Counted from the stretch's first letter, positions 40,261 through 54,255 are shown. The stretch is DNA of 63,894 nucleotides from Octopus bimaculoides (GCF_001194135.2 NC_068995.1:55438051-55501944); one strand, 5' to 3'. Made by a program: numbers and translations. Notes: a model not told the origin generated them from the letters alone.

Positions 40261-40664
40261 ATTTGTCTCCGAGGTTTATCATGTAGTGTGTGCTACGCTT
40301 TAATTTTCTATTTTACAAACGGAATGGTTAACAGAATATAGATCGTATGAAATATATACATTGAAGAGGTGTTTCACTACCACCACAGCTACGCGAGAGT
40401 CAAATTGGTTAAATACGTTATTTCCATATTTATTTATTAAACACTAAAGTGTACAAATACTTTCGTGTCTCCTCGGAATGGTACGATTTATGTGATGGCT
40501 ATCCACTTTGGTTACCCGCAGGTTGTTTCCTATTTGAAAATATTTGAATGGACAGAGGATTCTCGCGAATATAAAACAAAAAGTAATATTTAGCGCTATT
40601 TCAGGAGTGGCCGTGAGTTGATGTGAATCACAGCAAGCTACTTCAGAGCAGCATTGACCGTGGC

Positions 40665-40703
40665 TACTGCTGCTGCTGCTGCTGCTGCTGTGAGCCACAA
40701 AAC

Positions 40704-40779
<76 letters not shown>

Positions 40780-40780
40780 A
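40665..40780. repeat. (CTG)n and (AGT)n arrays
   Basis: Directly visible. Confidence 0.95.
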
Positions 40781-40847
40781 AATGAGATGAGACGATCCGG
40801 ACTGACAATAAAATGTTATTGAGTCAAGATTTCTTAACCACTTGAAT

Positions 40848-41018
40848 CTCTTTTATCTTCATATGTTTCAGTTATTATACTGCGGCCATGCTTGGGCACA
40901 GCCTTCCGGGGTTTTAGTAGGACAGAGAGTCTCCAGTGCTTATTTTTAATTCTTTTCTACTCTAGGCACAAGGCCTGAAATTTTGGGGGAGGGGAACAGT
41001 CGATTAGATCAATCCCAA
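40848..41018 (-). mobile_element. Family A 3' segment followed (on the minus strand) by a family B tail
   Basis: 40952-41018 is the reverse complement of the A 3' end (CTACTCTAGGCACAAGGCCTGAAATTTTGGGGGAGGGG); 40848-40950 is the reverse complement of the B tail (GTTTCAGT..CTGCGGCCATGCT). Confidence 0.75.
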
Positions 41019-41989
41019 GACACACACATATACACACATACACACACTCATACACACATACACACACTCATACAGACACACACAGATACACGACAAGCTT
41101 TCACACTGTTTCTATCTTCAAAATTTACTCACAAGAATTGGTCGACCTGGAACTATGAAAAGCGAGCTTCTTTGTCGCACAGTCATGCCTACAACTCCAG
41201 TAGCTGAGTTCTTCTTTTCCTTGTTTCCAATTTTTCTTTTTTTCTTAATTTGATTGTTGCTATAGATTCAATTTTACCAATGCCATTTCTATATTTATTC
41301 CTTGAGCATCCACCCTCTTGGTTCTAAGACATAATCTTGAGCAAGACTTGATGCGTCACACTATCTATCACCAACAATTGCCCCTGAAATATTTTTGGCG
41401 GAGCCCAATCTGTTGCATTGCAAGCATTCGTGTTAAATCTCAGATAAAAGTATATGAAAATCTTCATCTCTTTCTATCATCGGACTTGCAGGATCTGTGG
41501 AAAAGAATCTTCCTCCTACTCTGATTATGCCATAAAAAAATCCACTTCAAATATCTTGATCCTTTTCTCTAAAAGTAATAAAAATTCATGATTAGTTCTG
41601 TTTTACAGAATTTGCACCCCACCATATCATGTAATATTGATTATATTGTAATAATATCAATTTTATTAGGATCCTGGTATTCTTGAAGATCTGTATCGAT
41701 CGATAAGGGTTACTATACAAAATGTCAACGTAACGGCAATTCATGCTATGGAAGTGACGTCACGTTATGTCCATAACACTGAGCTTTCATGGACTCGTCT
41801 TTAAACGTTACATCAAGTGTGATAATTCATTGCCGCTTAGAAAAGCGGTACTGAACACAGATAATATTTGTATAAATATTATTTCCATTTCACTTCTGAA
41901 AGCACACGATTTCACTTCCTCCAACTAATTCTATGAGAGCAGACAACATTCTGCTGTTCAGGGTCTCATAGGATCTATTTCCACGATAC

Positions 41990-42134
41990 TTAACACCCAA
42001 GTGCCAATCTCAAATTCCTTGCTGTCCTCAATAAATCAGTCTTCCGAGTATTTTCCAATTTCTCCAACAAATTTCTCGAACATGCTTGTTAGTGTCCCCA
42101 TTGCCCTTACAACTACTGGGAGGACAGTTGCATT
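41990..42134 (-). mobile_element. C-terminus of an RLE-type non-LTR retrotransposon ORF
   Basis: ATVLPVVVRAMGTLTSMFEKFVGEIG..(frameshift)..LLRTARNLRLALGC*; same terminal motif pattern as 21245-21385. Confidence 0.7.
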
Positions 42135-42203
<69 letters not shown>

Positions 42204-42328
42204 GAGAAAGCAGCGCATGCCATCAAAGTAACGGTGGAGTACAAATATACGAAGCGCAATGTAGCCATCATAACTACCCGTCTGATAAAGGTACACCGGG
42301 TACAGGCATCACATTTACGCGACATGGT
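42204..42328 (-). mobile_element. 3' end of repeat 'X' with (AAT)n tail
   Basis: Overlaps in homology with 20881-20910; on the minus strand it ends GATGGCATGCGCTGCTTTCTC then (AAT)n (42135-42203). Confidence 0.6.
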
Positions 42329-43233
42329 AGTCTTAGTATTATTTTGTTGTTCTTCTTCTTGTTATCATCATCATCGTCACCATCATTATCATTATCATTA
42401 CAATCACCATCACCCCGTTGTCATCTTCATCATCATCATTTTCCTCCTCCTCCTTCTCCTTCTCTTCATTATTGAGCTGGTAGATTTAAGTTCAATGATT
42501 GCATTGTCCTTTCTGTAGAGATTTGTCATTGTAAAATTGCGAGTTGAACACGTCCCTTACGCTCGTTGTAGAGTGAAATCCCAAGCTCGTATCCAACTCT
42601 CTGCAGGTTTGTTGCCCTGCGCTTTAACTGTCTTGCAATTTTTCGTGCAATGTACCATGTTGATCTTACCACAGAGGCCACTGTTGACTAATTACAGCTA
42701 CTGGTGCTTGTCTACGGTCACCACAAACCAGTCTGTGTATACAGAAACACGTTGCCGGGCACAACGCGATTCTATGAACAAGCCATAACCAGCATCAGTT
42801 GTTTGTAGGTGATTAAATCATCAATTTTTAATGAAGAATCTGTGAAAACAAATGGAAATCTATAATAGAACACTCCTTTTCTTCGTCTCTAATAAGCGGT
42901 AGTGTTTACATTCTATGTCTTATGATCTTATCTATACGACAATGATGAATGATATTTTCCATTAATGGAAGGTAAGCGAGTGTATGTCACTATCTCTACT
43001 TATTATGAAACTATCTTTTATTTATTGAATATTATAATTGTATTTATATCAACAATACCATTTAAACCAAATAGTTTTAGGGTATAGAAAATACTTGTAG
43101 TTGCTAAATAATGAAAAAAAGAATGTTTCTAAACAGGAGATTTCAGTTATTTCTAAGCAAATCACAGTAACATCTTCTCAAATTAGCATCGATAAAAACG
43201 CTTGAAAATTTTCAAGGTTTGGGGGGATTTTTT

Positions 43234-43268
<35 letters not shown>

Positions 43269-43905
43269 CATAAAAAGGAAAATGTACACCTTTCACGCCT
43301 CAAAATGGCCTGATATAGCACTAAACTTTTCGACTGCGAAGATTTCCTAAATAACAAATTCGTCTACAGTAGCATTTCGAAAGAGCTGAAAGTATCACAT
43401 GGAGTATTGACTATTATTGATACTATTTAGGCTGAGGTCATCTACCGCTGATCGCATTTATGATAACGGACGGTCGTTCCCTAATTACCCACACTTTTTT
43501 GTATATTTAGGATTTTACTAGATTATATATATCATTTCTTCTTCAAAGTGGTAGGGTGCATTTTGAATGAATCAGGCTAATAGTTTAGGAAGGTCGACCG
43601 ACCGCACAGGGACACTTTCTTTGGGCAATTAAGGTAATTCAGCACTGTATTTCCTCAACAACTTCACTGTTCTCTTCTTGTTATATCATATTGATTTTTC
43701 TGCTCATATCCAAAACTTCACGTTTGTAGGGAAATGAGAAACATGATCGTATGACCCTTTAAGTCTCTCAAAAGTGCATTACCAACTTAGTGCGCAATCA
43801 AAAGGCTATAATTGAAAATCGACATCAGGTCATAAGGAGCTTACATCTCCTCCATGGGTCAGGAACATTTATCGTATGATATTAAACGCTGATACAATAA
43901 CTCTA

Positions 43906-43946
<41 letters not shown>

Positions 43947-46781
43947 CACCCACACACACATATACACACACTGACATTCACTCACACACGCACACACACA
44001 TATAAGCTATATCAATGTCTGATTATGAATATCCGATTATCCGCTTTTCCTTTCTACTCACCATTTTCGTATTCATATTCATGGAAATAGCGTTATTTAT
44101 TAAATAATTCTTAAAATGATACAGCTTTCTGTTAACTAGTGTTAAAGGTGCCTTTGTTATTGAGGCTAAGGATGGAGATTTGTGACATTCATATGTTTCT
44201 CTAGAATATTAGTTATGCACATAAAATAAAAGCCTACACTTGTTCTGTTTACGTCCTCTACACAAGATCTTGTATGGTGAATGTAAGTTTACGGTAAAAT
44301 TGTGACTTTTCTGATGCATTCACAGCATAAATAAAGCCAAATTGCACATATCAAATACAGACTCTGGTTAAAAATTTATCTACAAATTTCTAGTCTAAAT
44401 CATATTACGTATGTATTCCTTATATTCATTGTGCTGTGCGGATATAAGTTTCGCAGAAGTGGTATTGCTTCGAACTTAGAGGCATAGAGTTTATAATGCA
44501 GTCTGTGTATGTATATACTTTCACTTGTGTTCACATTGCCTTTGAGTTCTCCGAATGGTGAGAAAATTAGTAGCCGGTAATCACTAATACAACTAGCCTA
44601 CAAAACGCAGTCTTGAACCAATGAGTATGTGAGTGTGCATCATCAGTTATATCGTTTTCAATAGCTATTCTTTTGTGTTTCTTGCCAAGACCTTCGACAG
44701 CAGAAGGCCAAGTTGTTTCTTGAAAATATCTAACCCTATTCCATGTAGATTTCATAGATTTCTCAGATTTGGCAATATATTAGATAGCCGTGAGCCCATG
44801 ATTCCCAAGCTATTGCAGTACATCCTCCTCATTCTAGACGAGATAGCTGGGACATTTGAAACAGAATACTGACGTCATTATAAGTGAATGTTGAATTTTC
44901 TTAAGCCAATATCTCAATGTATAAATAAATATGCAGTGTGTTTCAAGATAGCACTTCATTGAACGTCGTTTGTAAATGTTCACCGAGTGCAAATGAACTT
45001 CGTTAAGACCGCCCTTGTAATAATCCAAAACAACACAGATATTTGCACACAATACTATAAACTATTGCAACACTGATTACAGATTTCCCAGTAATATCAG
45101 GCATTCTGTGTATCCACATACAATACTGGTGGTAAATATATCTAGACATACTGGGTTAAAACTGTTGTCTTTGAACTGAATCCTGCACAGCTCTCTTAAC
45201 GCACTTTGTTCGTATAAATGTTTTATTAAAAGTCGAAATGTATCGCTGAGCAAATAGCTTACATAAAACATATGTTGAAATTAGATAAACGAAATTGTAA
45301 TTAGATTCGATCCCACATTTTCTGAGCTGTAAATCATATAACACTGCATATTTCTTCCAGTGTTACACGTATAGATAGATTTAACGCTTAAATGCTTTTA
45401 ATGTCCATACCATAAAGTGGTATAAAAGCAATAGAACAATTTCTACTATACAGGACTATTTTTTTTATTTGTTCCGGAAATCTGTTGTCACTGCTATGGC
45501 GAAATAAAATCTAATCTGAAACAAACCAACAAAATAACGTTCGCTGAATCACGAGATAGATGTCAAGAAATAATCATTGAGCGTTTCTTCTCAATTTAAT
45601 GCTTTTGTAGCAAGAAACCAAGATTGATAATCACTGAAAGAGAAAGCCGAAACTTAGTTCAGACCATATCACTTAATGACCATTAAGGGGAAAGAGAAAA
45701 GAAGATGTTGCGTCGAATCGTGGCTGTTAACGTTACTGCATATCCAAATGCGCATGTCTTGGTTTAAGAAGAAATTTATATAGTTAAAGATATCCCCTTC
45801 TTGCAAAACGTTCGAATTTTATCTCTGCAGGTAACGCACAAAGAATTATTTTTCGATTCCCTTAGTTGTTTGTAACATACACTAATGTCTTGTCGAATAT
45901 TCATATTTCATGTTGGTGAATAGTCAATACAGAACAATTGGACACTGGGGTATTATATATCGCCATGCTTTCATAAATATGCTAAATATTAACTACAAGA
46001 TATTTGCTGTTGATGAAGATATAGATATGGTGATATCATTCTCGAGATGATGTGAAATGAAATGTAGGAACATAATTCCTGTCGCGATTTCGCATCTAGG
46101 TTGGAATCAATTTCATTCACTTCTAAGTCTGATGACTAGAGGTGGCAGCCAAATTATATTTCAAGGATAAATTTTAATACGCTGTCCTCAATAACGAAAG
46201 AAATATTGGACACGCCTTCAAAGCTTTTGATAATAAACATTCTCGACGAGAGCTGGCCTGAGACTGGACGAAAAACATGTATAGCCATACCAAGACGGTC
46301 CAAAAGGGAGGTAAAGTCAAATCCTCAGAATCAATAAACAGAATACAAGGTTAGGGATCATCAATGGAATGGTAACTTCGTGAGTGCCACAGGCAAATTA
46401 TATACCATTTTGTGGGCGCTACATAGTTATCTCAGTTGACGTTCTGATTCCAAATTCACTATTTTCAAAATTGCCTTGCATTCGTTAAGACCGATAAATA
46501 AAATATAATTTACGGAGGTGGAATCAAATCATTATCATCGATTATACTTATTTCCAAATCTCTGTTTCAGAAATATCATAGGAAGTTAATATTGCTTCTT
46601 GAAAACATATTTTACAGACATTTACAGTTTTGAAAAATTTTATCAATATTCAAAAGAATTCATAGATGTATGACAAAGGTGGATGTGGGTCACTGGATGG
46701 GAAGATAGATAGATTGCCCGCTAGTTCTCTAGTTAGATAGAAATATAGATATCGAAGTGCACAAACATCTATATCTATCTT

Positions 46782-46848
<67 letters not shown>

Positions 46849-47130
46849 ATCTATCTATCTATCTATTTGTAAGTATATATATATATATATATATNNNNNN
46901 NNNNNNNNNNNNNNNNNNNNNNNNNNNNNNNNNNNNNNNNNNNNNNNNNNNNNNNNNNNNNNNNNNNNNNNNNNNNNNNNNNNNNNNNNNNNNNNNNNNN
47001 NNNNNNNNNNNNNNNNNNNNNNNNNNNNNNNNNNNNNNNNNNNNNNNNNNNNNNNNNNNNNNNNNNNNNNNNNNNNNNNNNNNNNNNNNNNNNNNNNNNN
47101 NNNNNNNNNNNNNNNNNNNNNNNNNNNNNN

Positions 47131-47188
<58 letters not shown>

Positions 47189-47246
47189 TGATGATGATGA
47201 TGATGATAAAATTATTATTTTTATCATCATTATCATCATCATCATT

Positions 47247-47335
<89 letters not shown>

Positions 47336-47340
47336 CATCA
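47131..47340. repeat. (AAT)n(GAT)n-spacer-(CAT)n(TAT)n quasi-palindromic array
   Basis: Directly visible. Confidence 0.95.
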
Positions 47341-47977
47341 TCATTTCAACTGAAGTCACAAAGCCTAAATTTGAGTTATATATATATATTAATTTTCACC
47401 GGCAGAAACGTTAAAAAGAAATTTTCGTTCGTCTGTGTTTTTCTGCGTGCACTTGTGTCCGTGCGCGTACGCGTGTGTATGCGGGCGTGTCTCTGTGGGC
47501 TGTGTGGCTGTATCGATGATTGATTATCATATATTTAAATATCGATATTTGTGCACAGTTTTGAATCAAAACACATCGTATGAGGTGAAAAAAAGATTTT
47601 TAAAAAAAGAATACCTAACATTCTGGAAGTAAATACGAAAATGGCAATGATATTAACTTTTACCATTTCCATCTGCTACAACTACTGATAATGTAAATAT
47701 ACCAGCAATGGTAATAACATGTGGAATTGGATGTGGAATCAATGTTGCATTGTGATTTTTGCCATCGCTACTTGCAGTCTTTATCGACATGAAATGAAAG
47801 CAGCGGAGCAAAGAGATTGAACAACTCCCAGCCTTCTCCAAGTGACACATATTCATAGTATTTAAACATTACTGTGATATAAAGAAACACTTTACAACAC
47901 TCTCACTAATTAAATTTGCAATTAGTGTAACATGCTTCTTAATTTCTATTTTTAGTATTTTTTTTTTATCTCGTGTA

Positions 47978-48045
47978 GGCACAGGTATGGCTGTTTGGTA
48001 AGAATTTTGTTTTCCAATAACCGGGGTTTCAGTTTCAATTTTACT
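47978..48045 (+). mobile_element. Old family B SINE head
   Basis: GGCACAGGTATGGCTGTTTGGTAAGAA..GGGGTTTCAGTTTC resembles the 61119 head. Confidence 0.55.
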
Positions 48046-48212
48046 TGGCTTGAGCAATTCACGCCCCCGTTCATCTACCAGAGACCGAAAGGTGGCTTTG
48101 TTGCCCTGTTGCGCCTCCGACACCCGGGCCTCTCACGTGGCTCCAACACCTTCATTCGTTAGAACACGCATCCTAACTATGACAGCACACCCTTCGTGTT
48201 TGGCGCACACAT

Positions 48213-48277
<65 letters not shown>

Positions 48278-49552
48278 TGCATATATGTGTATGGGAGTGC
48301 ATAAATGTAAGCAGTTGAGAGTGTATATAAGTATATGTGCGTGTGTGTGCGTATACGATCGTCACCTATGAAATTTTTTTCTTTCAGATTCTACTTGTGT
48401 GTGTATGTGAGCCAGAAATTACGGTAGCGTACTCCTGTTCAGTGTACCATGCAATGGGATCGAATCGATATTCTGAAGCAAATTCCACACCAATACACTC
48501 ATGGAATCTGCTGATGTCTAATTGCGTCTGGAAGTAAAGATATGAGTGACGAGTTTTGGACATTGATTGATAAGAGTGGTACACTGGCGGAATGAAAATA
48601 AGGTTGAGACTGGAAAAATCGATAGACTAGTACCTTATTCATTTCAGCAGTTTCGATTAATCATTAAACGATATTTTATGAAATGAAGTTTACTCTCGAT
48701 AGAATTTAATTGAAAAATTCATGAAGCACCAATTTTAATCATTTTCAACGGTCAATGCAAAATTCTCCTACGGTAAATTATGAAATCTAAACTAAAATAT
48801 TAATGAAACAACGTACTGAATATATTAACAAAACAGTAAAATGAAATATAATTGTTATAAATAAATTAATGTATGCAACAAAAGAATTAATATCCGGTAT
48901 GTCCAATATTGTAATTATCTTGTGAAAAGAGGTAAATAAGCAACACAACGAGGCAGGAAGGAAAATAAATAAATAGGAAAGGACATCAACTGAAGTAAAC
49001 CATACTGGAATAACATAAGATGAGAACATGAAGAGTAAATATAAACAGGATAACAAGGAAGGCAATACAAACAAACTCAGAAGAGGATAATAAACAGAAG
49101 TTATAAGAAACAGTATAAATAATGAAACATAATTAAAATAAAAGCAAATTCTTAATTAATTATGAGAAACTAGGAAGAGATGAATGAGAAAAATAAGAAG
49201 TTTCAATAATAAAACATTAAGCAGTTAATGTCCTTTAACATGTTACAAGATAGTGAAATGTCAATGAAGATTCACAGGGCGTTTTGCATAATCAAAGAAA
49301 TATAGTAAATACGAGTTTGGCAGGGAATTTCTACGCTATTATCAAACTCGATAGAAAACAATAGCCATGTTTCCATCAAATAGCACCCAAATGTTTTATT
49401 CAAAGAAAGTTCACTAGATACTTTTGTACTGGTGCATAAACATGTAGGATCGTCAAGCTTGGAACTATGCAGACAAGGTTAACTAGTGTGGAGGGGGAAG
49501 GGGTAAATAATATTAATTGTGAGGTCTATAATCATATTAACCTCAGTAGCAG

Positions 49553-49596
49553 ACGAAGTATGTTAAAATACGAAGTATGTTAAAATACGAAGTATG
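49553..49596. repeat. 17-bp tandem repeat, 2.6 copies
   Basis: Unit ACGAAGTATGTTAAAAT. Confidence 0.9.
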
Positions 49597-49789
49597 GTAT
49601 AATCAACTGAGACCATTAAAAGTGTGTCTAAAATAAATCACCCAATTTAGTAAAAGAATAATGGAATAAAAAAATATTGCTTTAATCTACATACTATGTA
49701 GATATATTAGCAAGATCATTAAATGACAGTATGGAAAAATATGCACCCGGCCGTCTCAAATACGGTGGTACCTTTTTTTTTTTTCTATA

Positions 49790-49920
49790 AGCGCAGACAC
49801 CAATATTCGGTTAAGAGGCTAACTATTTTCAAGTCCGGTCCTACTGCACGCTAATTTAAGTAAGTGTGTTCTGCTAAAGCGATTAGTGGATGAAAACTAT
49901 GCGGAAGCCAGTCGTATACA
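49790..49920 (+). mobile_element. Old family B SINE 5' module
   Basis: AGCGCAGAC..GTCCGGTCCTACTGC..AAGTAAGTGTGTTCTGCTA..GAAAACTATGCGGAAGCCAGTCGTATA ends like GGAAACTGAAAGAAGCCCGTCGTATA. Confidence 0.5.
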
Positions 49921-50699
49921 TACATATAATTTTAATTTTAATCTTTAAATTGTAAAGCCCCCTTCTTAAAGTTGGACATTTATTTCTAGCATACTAGCTC
50001 TCATTATTGGCTGGTAAGCCACAGCAAAGCAAAAAAAAAAATTAATCCTTCTGACCAAACCAAACTCATCTATTTGTCCACAGAAACTTTGATGAATAGC
50101 CGTTCGACAATATCTTGGGGTTTCATTGCTGATGTCTACATCACTTGACCAATTCCAATGAAAGAATAGCCAGCCTGTTTATATATACATCAAATCTATT
50201 GGCTTCAGACACGTGAATCTCGACACCGTTTTACAAACAATACATGTTTAAGTGAGGAAAACAATTTTTGTGTGGTTCAGAATGATTAACAAGTGTCTTC
50301 TGTGCTGCAATTGTTTTTGTTACAACACATCTGCTTTGCAAGTATATCTCCGTCATGTGTATGAATGCAAGTATGTATGTGTATAATCATGTGTCTGCGT
50401 ATACGTACATACATGCATACACATACATACATACAAACATACATACATACATGCATGCATACATACATGCATATATACATACAAACATATGTAAACACAT
50501 CTGGTAAGAGACAGAGATGCAGGTGCTGCGTATTGTTTAAAATGTTTTCTTCAATATTTTTCTCAGCATTTATGCCAACCGAGATTCTTTTCTTATTTTG
50601 CAAATAAAGTAAACACAATTTATTCTGCAACTTCACGTCGTCCATACCAGAATTTTAAAACTATTTTCACTCACATGGAATTTCGCTTATACTGTGAAC

Positions 50700-51184
50700 A
50701 CCAATAACAAAGATTCCACCAATATTGACGTCAACACGGCAACTATACGTCTGAGCTGTCTTAGAAAACGCAAATAACCGTTTCCATTTCACGGAGTCTT
50801 TGCAATTAAATCAGAATGGTCTTCGATGCTTTCAGAATGCCCGAGAACATTCCATGGTCGGTTGTAACACTCGTGCTGCTGCCAACATTTGGGATAATCG
50901 ACTGATCTAGTGATTAAAACCGCGCTTTAGACCGTCAAACCAGCAAAATGTTGACATTGATTCCAAATTTCCACAGAAGTAGCAATGCCTATAAATACAG
51001 TCTCAGAAGAAATGACGAAGGCAGAAGCTTAATAAAAACAACAGACAGACTTCGAGAGTCGTATAACATCGTTCACACAGCAACAATAGCAGCAAAATGC
51101 GATTCATGAAACAAGGGCTGATAGGTTCACAATTGACTCCTCAAGAAATATACACCCCTGATCTCTTGCCCTACGAACCCAGAG
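50700..51184 (+). promoter_or_regulatory. Putative TATA/CRE promoter with candidate first coding exon
   Basis: CCAAT at 50719, perfect TGACGTCA at 50726, TATAAATA at 50990, AAAATG at 51097 (MRFMKQGLIGSQLTPQEIYTPDLLPYEPR), moderate donor AGAG|GTACAT at 51185. Confidence 0.22.
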
Positions 51185-51334
51185 GTACATATACAAACAC
51201 GAATACACAAATATATACATTTGTATGTTTGTATAAACACTTGTGGAGATGGACCTCTGTTTCTCGACAAAGAGCATTCAATCGCTCGAACAGAATTACC
51301 TGCTCCTGAATTCACATGTCAATGCTTCAGCATT

Positions 51335-51435
51335 TCACAGACAAGTGTATCTTTAGAGGTAGAATCAACGTGATATACTGGTAGACGGAAACTGAAAGAA
51401 GCCCGTCATATATGTGCGTGTGTGTGTGTGTATGT

Positions 51436-51484
<49 letters not shown>

Positions 51485-51687
51485 GAAGAAAGAGAGAGAG
51501 AGAGACTTGGTATTTGTTTTTGTCACCCACCACCGCTTGGATTCCTAATCTCTCGTAACCTAGCGGCTCGGCGAAAAGATAGCGATAGAATGAATACCAG
51601 ACTTTTAAAGATGTCTGTTTACTCCGTTAAACTTTTTTGAATCGGTGTCCCAGTATGACAGCAATCTAAGGAATGAAACAAGTAAAC
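51335..51687 (+). mobile_element. Family B SINE with expanded (TG)(AG)n linker
   Basis: TGGTAGACGGAAACTGAAAGAAGCCCGTC (identical to the 61527 region), microsatellite, then TAGCGGCTCGGCGAAAAGA..GAATGAAACAAGTAAA. Confidence 0.85.
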
Positions 51688-52472
51688 GTCACATTGTACC
51701 CGTAGCTACGTACGTATGTATGTATGTATGCATGTATGCATGCATGTATATATGTATGTATGTATTATGTATGTATGTGTGTATGTATGCATGCATGTGT
51801 GTAGGTATACATGCATGAATGCTTGCATGTATTGGGAACTTTATATTCTTCAGATAACTACCACATCAGATTCACTGTGAATTCGTGTGGATGGATGTAT
51901 GCGCAGATCTTCGTAATTCTATATTAACAATAGAAAAATGTTCAGAATTTCTGTATGTTGGTGCTTATTTGTATTTTAATATACTTTTTCTTAATCTCTT
52001 GTATCGCTTCCTTTATTCTCATATTTATTTGTTTATTCACTTATTCACTTTCACATTCAATTTATTTATTCTATCTCTTCTTATTCATATTAATATTCCA
52101 ACTGTACCTTCTGGTGAAGTACGAACACATGTAACTTAATGAACTAATCGTCACAAGACAATGAACAAAAGAACGGTGTTACTACGTGCTTCTAACTTCG
52201 GGATTGTAAATTTGTTTTCATGCGATCGCAACGAAATTCTTTTCTCGTTCATTCTACACACATTCAGACTTAAAATTACGTTATTCTCATCATTAGTTAC
52301 ATATATAATCACTCACAAAATCCATATAAGAACACTTACACAGACTTCTACCTACAGGGACACATACACGTACGCACAAATGGACACATTCACATAGACA
52401 CAAACACTCTAATACAGTTATATGGCGTAAATTTGTGTGTATGTGCATGTGTGCGTGTATGTGCATGTGTGT

Positions 52473-52538
<66 letters not shown>

Positions 52539-53270
52539 NNNNNNNNNNNNNNNNNNNNNNNNNNNNNNNNNNNNNNNNNNNNNNNNNNNNNNNNNNNNNN
52601 NNNNNNNNNNNNNNNNNNNNNNNNNNNNNNNNNNNNNNNNNNNNNNNNNNNNNNNNNNNNNNNNNNNNNNNNNNNNNNNNNNNNNNNNNNNNNNNNNNNN
52701 NNNNNNNNNNNNNNNNNNNNNNNNNNNNNNNNNNNNNNNNNNNNNNNNNNNNNNNNNNNNNNNNNNNNNNNNNNNNNNNNNNNNNNNNNNNNNNNNNNNN
52801 NNNNNNNNNNNNNNNNNNNNNNNNNNNNNNNNNNNNNNNNNNNNNNNNNNNNNNNNNNNNNNNNNNNNNNNNNNNNNNNNNNNNNNNNNNNNNNNNNNNN
52901 NNNNNNNNNNNNNNNNNNNNNNNNNNNNNNNNNNNNNNNNNNNNNNNNNNNNNNNNNNNNNNNNNNNNNNNNNNNNNNNNNNNNNNNNNNNNNNNNNNNN
53001 NNNNNNNNNNNNNNNNNNNNNNNNNNNNNNNNNNNNNNNNNNNNNNNNNNNNNNNNNNNNNNNNNNNNNNNNNNNNNNNNNNNNNNNNNNNNNNNNNNNN
53101 NNNNNNNNNNNNNNNNNNNNNNNNNNNNNNNNNNNNNNNNNNNNNNNNNNNNNNNNNNNNNNNNNNNNNNNNNNNNNNNNNNNNNNNNNNNNNNNNNNNN
53201 NNNNNNNNNNNNNNNNNNNNNNNNNNNNNNNNNNNNNNNNNNNNNNNNNNNNNNNNNNNNNNNNNNNNNN

Positions 53271-53305
<35 letters not shown>

Positions 53306-53317
53306 TATATTGCGTGT

Positions 53318-53440
53318 CTCTCTCAACAGGCACTGTTTGGGCCTGATCTATAGTAGATGGTACCTGTTGAAGGTGCCGTGCAGTGGAAGTGAACCCGAAA
53401 TGCAGTGATTGTATACTGAGTTTCTTATTCACACAGCTAG
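53318..53440 (-). mobile_element. Family B SINE head (diverged)
   Basis: CTATAGTAGA..AAGGTGCCGTGCAGTGGAAGTGAACCCGAAA..CACACAGC. Confidence 0.75.
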
Positions 53441-54064
53441 ATAGATATCTGTGTATTTGTGTGTATGTATAAAAGCCATTTTTTGGTTTACCAGCCTCTA
53501 TTATCTGTGAGACGATAATCTATGACTACAAGCTGTTACATCATTGACATATAGCCTAACAAACAAATTTAATTACATGTAATCATAATTTCACATTGAT
53601 TCCTCTGGTATGGGATGGATGGACCTAAAATTAGTATATATCATTAGATCTATACACAACTAGCTATATAGGCTGCGTAATGGACAGAAGTAGGTTTGTT
53701 TTCACTGTTGTTTGTTCCCGATCAGTACTGGTCGATCGCACGTATGATTAAAGATGTTCTACTCTTGACCTATCGGATTTTGTATTCTTCACAGACCTAT
53801 TATAATTAGCATTACATTATTTAATATGTCCTTTTCCCCAAGACAGTACAATGTAGTTTCTGAGAGATTATAGCTCTCATTTCTAATAGGCCAAGAATCG
53901 ACACAGACGCTACTTAATTTGATAAACAAACAGACCTGTTGTTGGTATTGTTGTTATTGAATTCCACGAAGCTTTCACTGACCACATGGATGAATAACGT
54001 CGTTCTAGTTTTGACCATCCCAACGCATTTTCCCCAAATAATAATTATCTGTTATTATCTTTTA

Positions 54065-54255
54065 TGTTATATGCGTTTCAGTCCCTGGACTTCGGCCACG
54101 CTTGAGCACCGCCTTGAAGCATTTTGACCAACAAATCGGCCACAGTATTTATTTTGTATTCAAGTGTGGTATTTATACTATCGATTGTTTTTGCCGAACC
54201 GCTAGGTTACGAAGACGTAAACAAACCATCGGTTATCAGGACAAGTACACAGACA
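54065..54255 (-). mobile_element. Family B SINE, 3' half
   Basis: GTTTCAGTC..GAGCACCGCCTTGAAG..TTTTGCCGAACCGCTAGGTTACGAAGACGTAAACAAACCATCGGTT. Confidence 0.85.

Noticed and set aside
42560-42760. Minus-strand IALCPATCFCIHRLVC resembling an LRR N-cap
   Set aside because: Cysteine spacing only partly fits, no LRR follows, and the acceptor is weak.
44567-44872. FLAKTFDS resembling the RT motif DFAKAFD
   Set aside because: Single partial motif without supporting neighbours.
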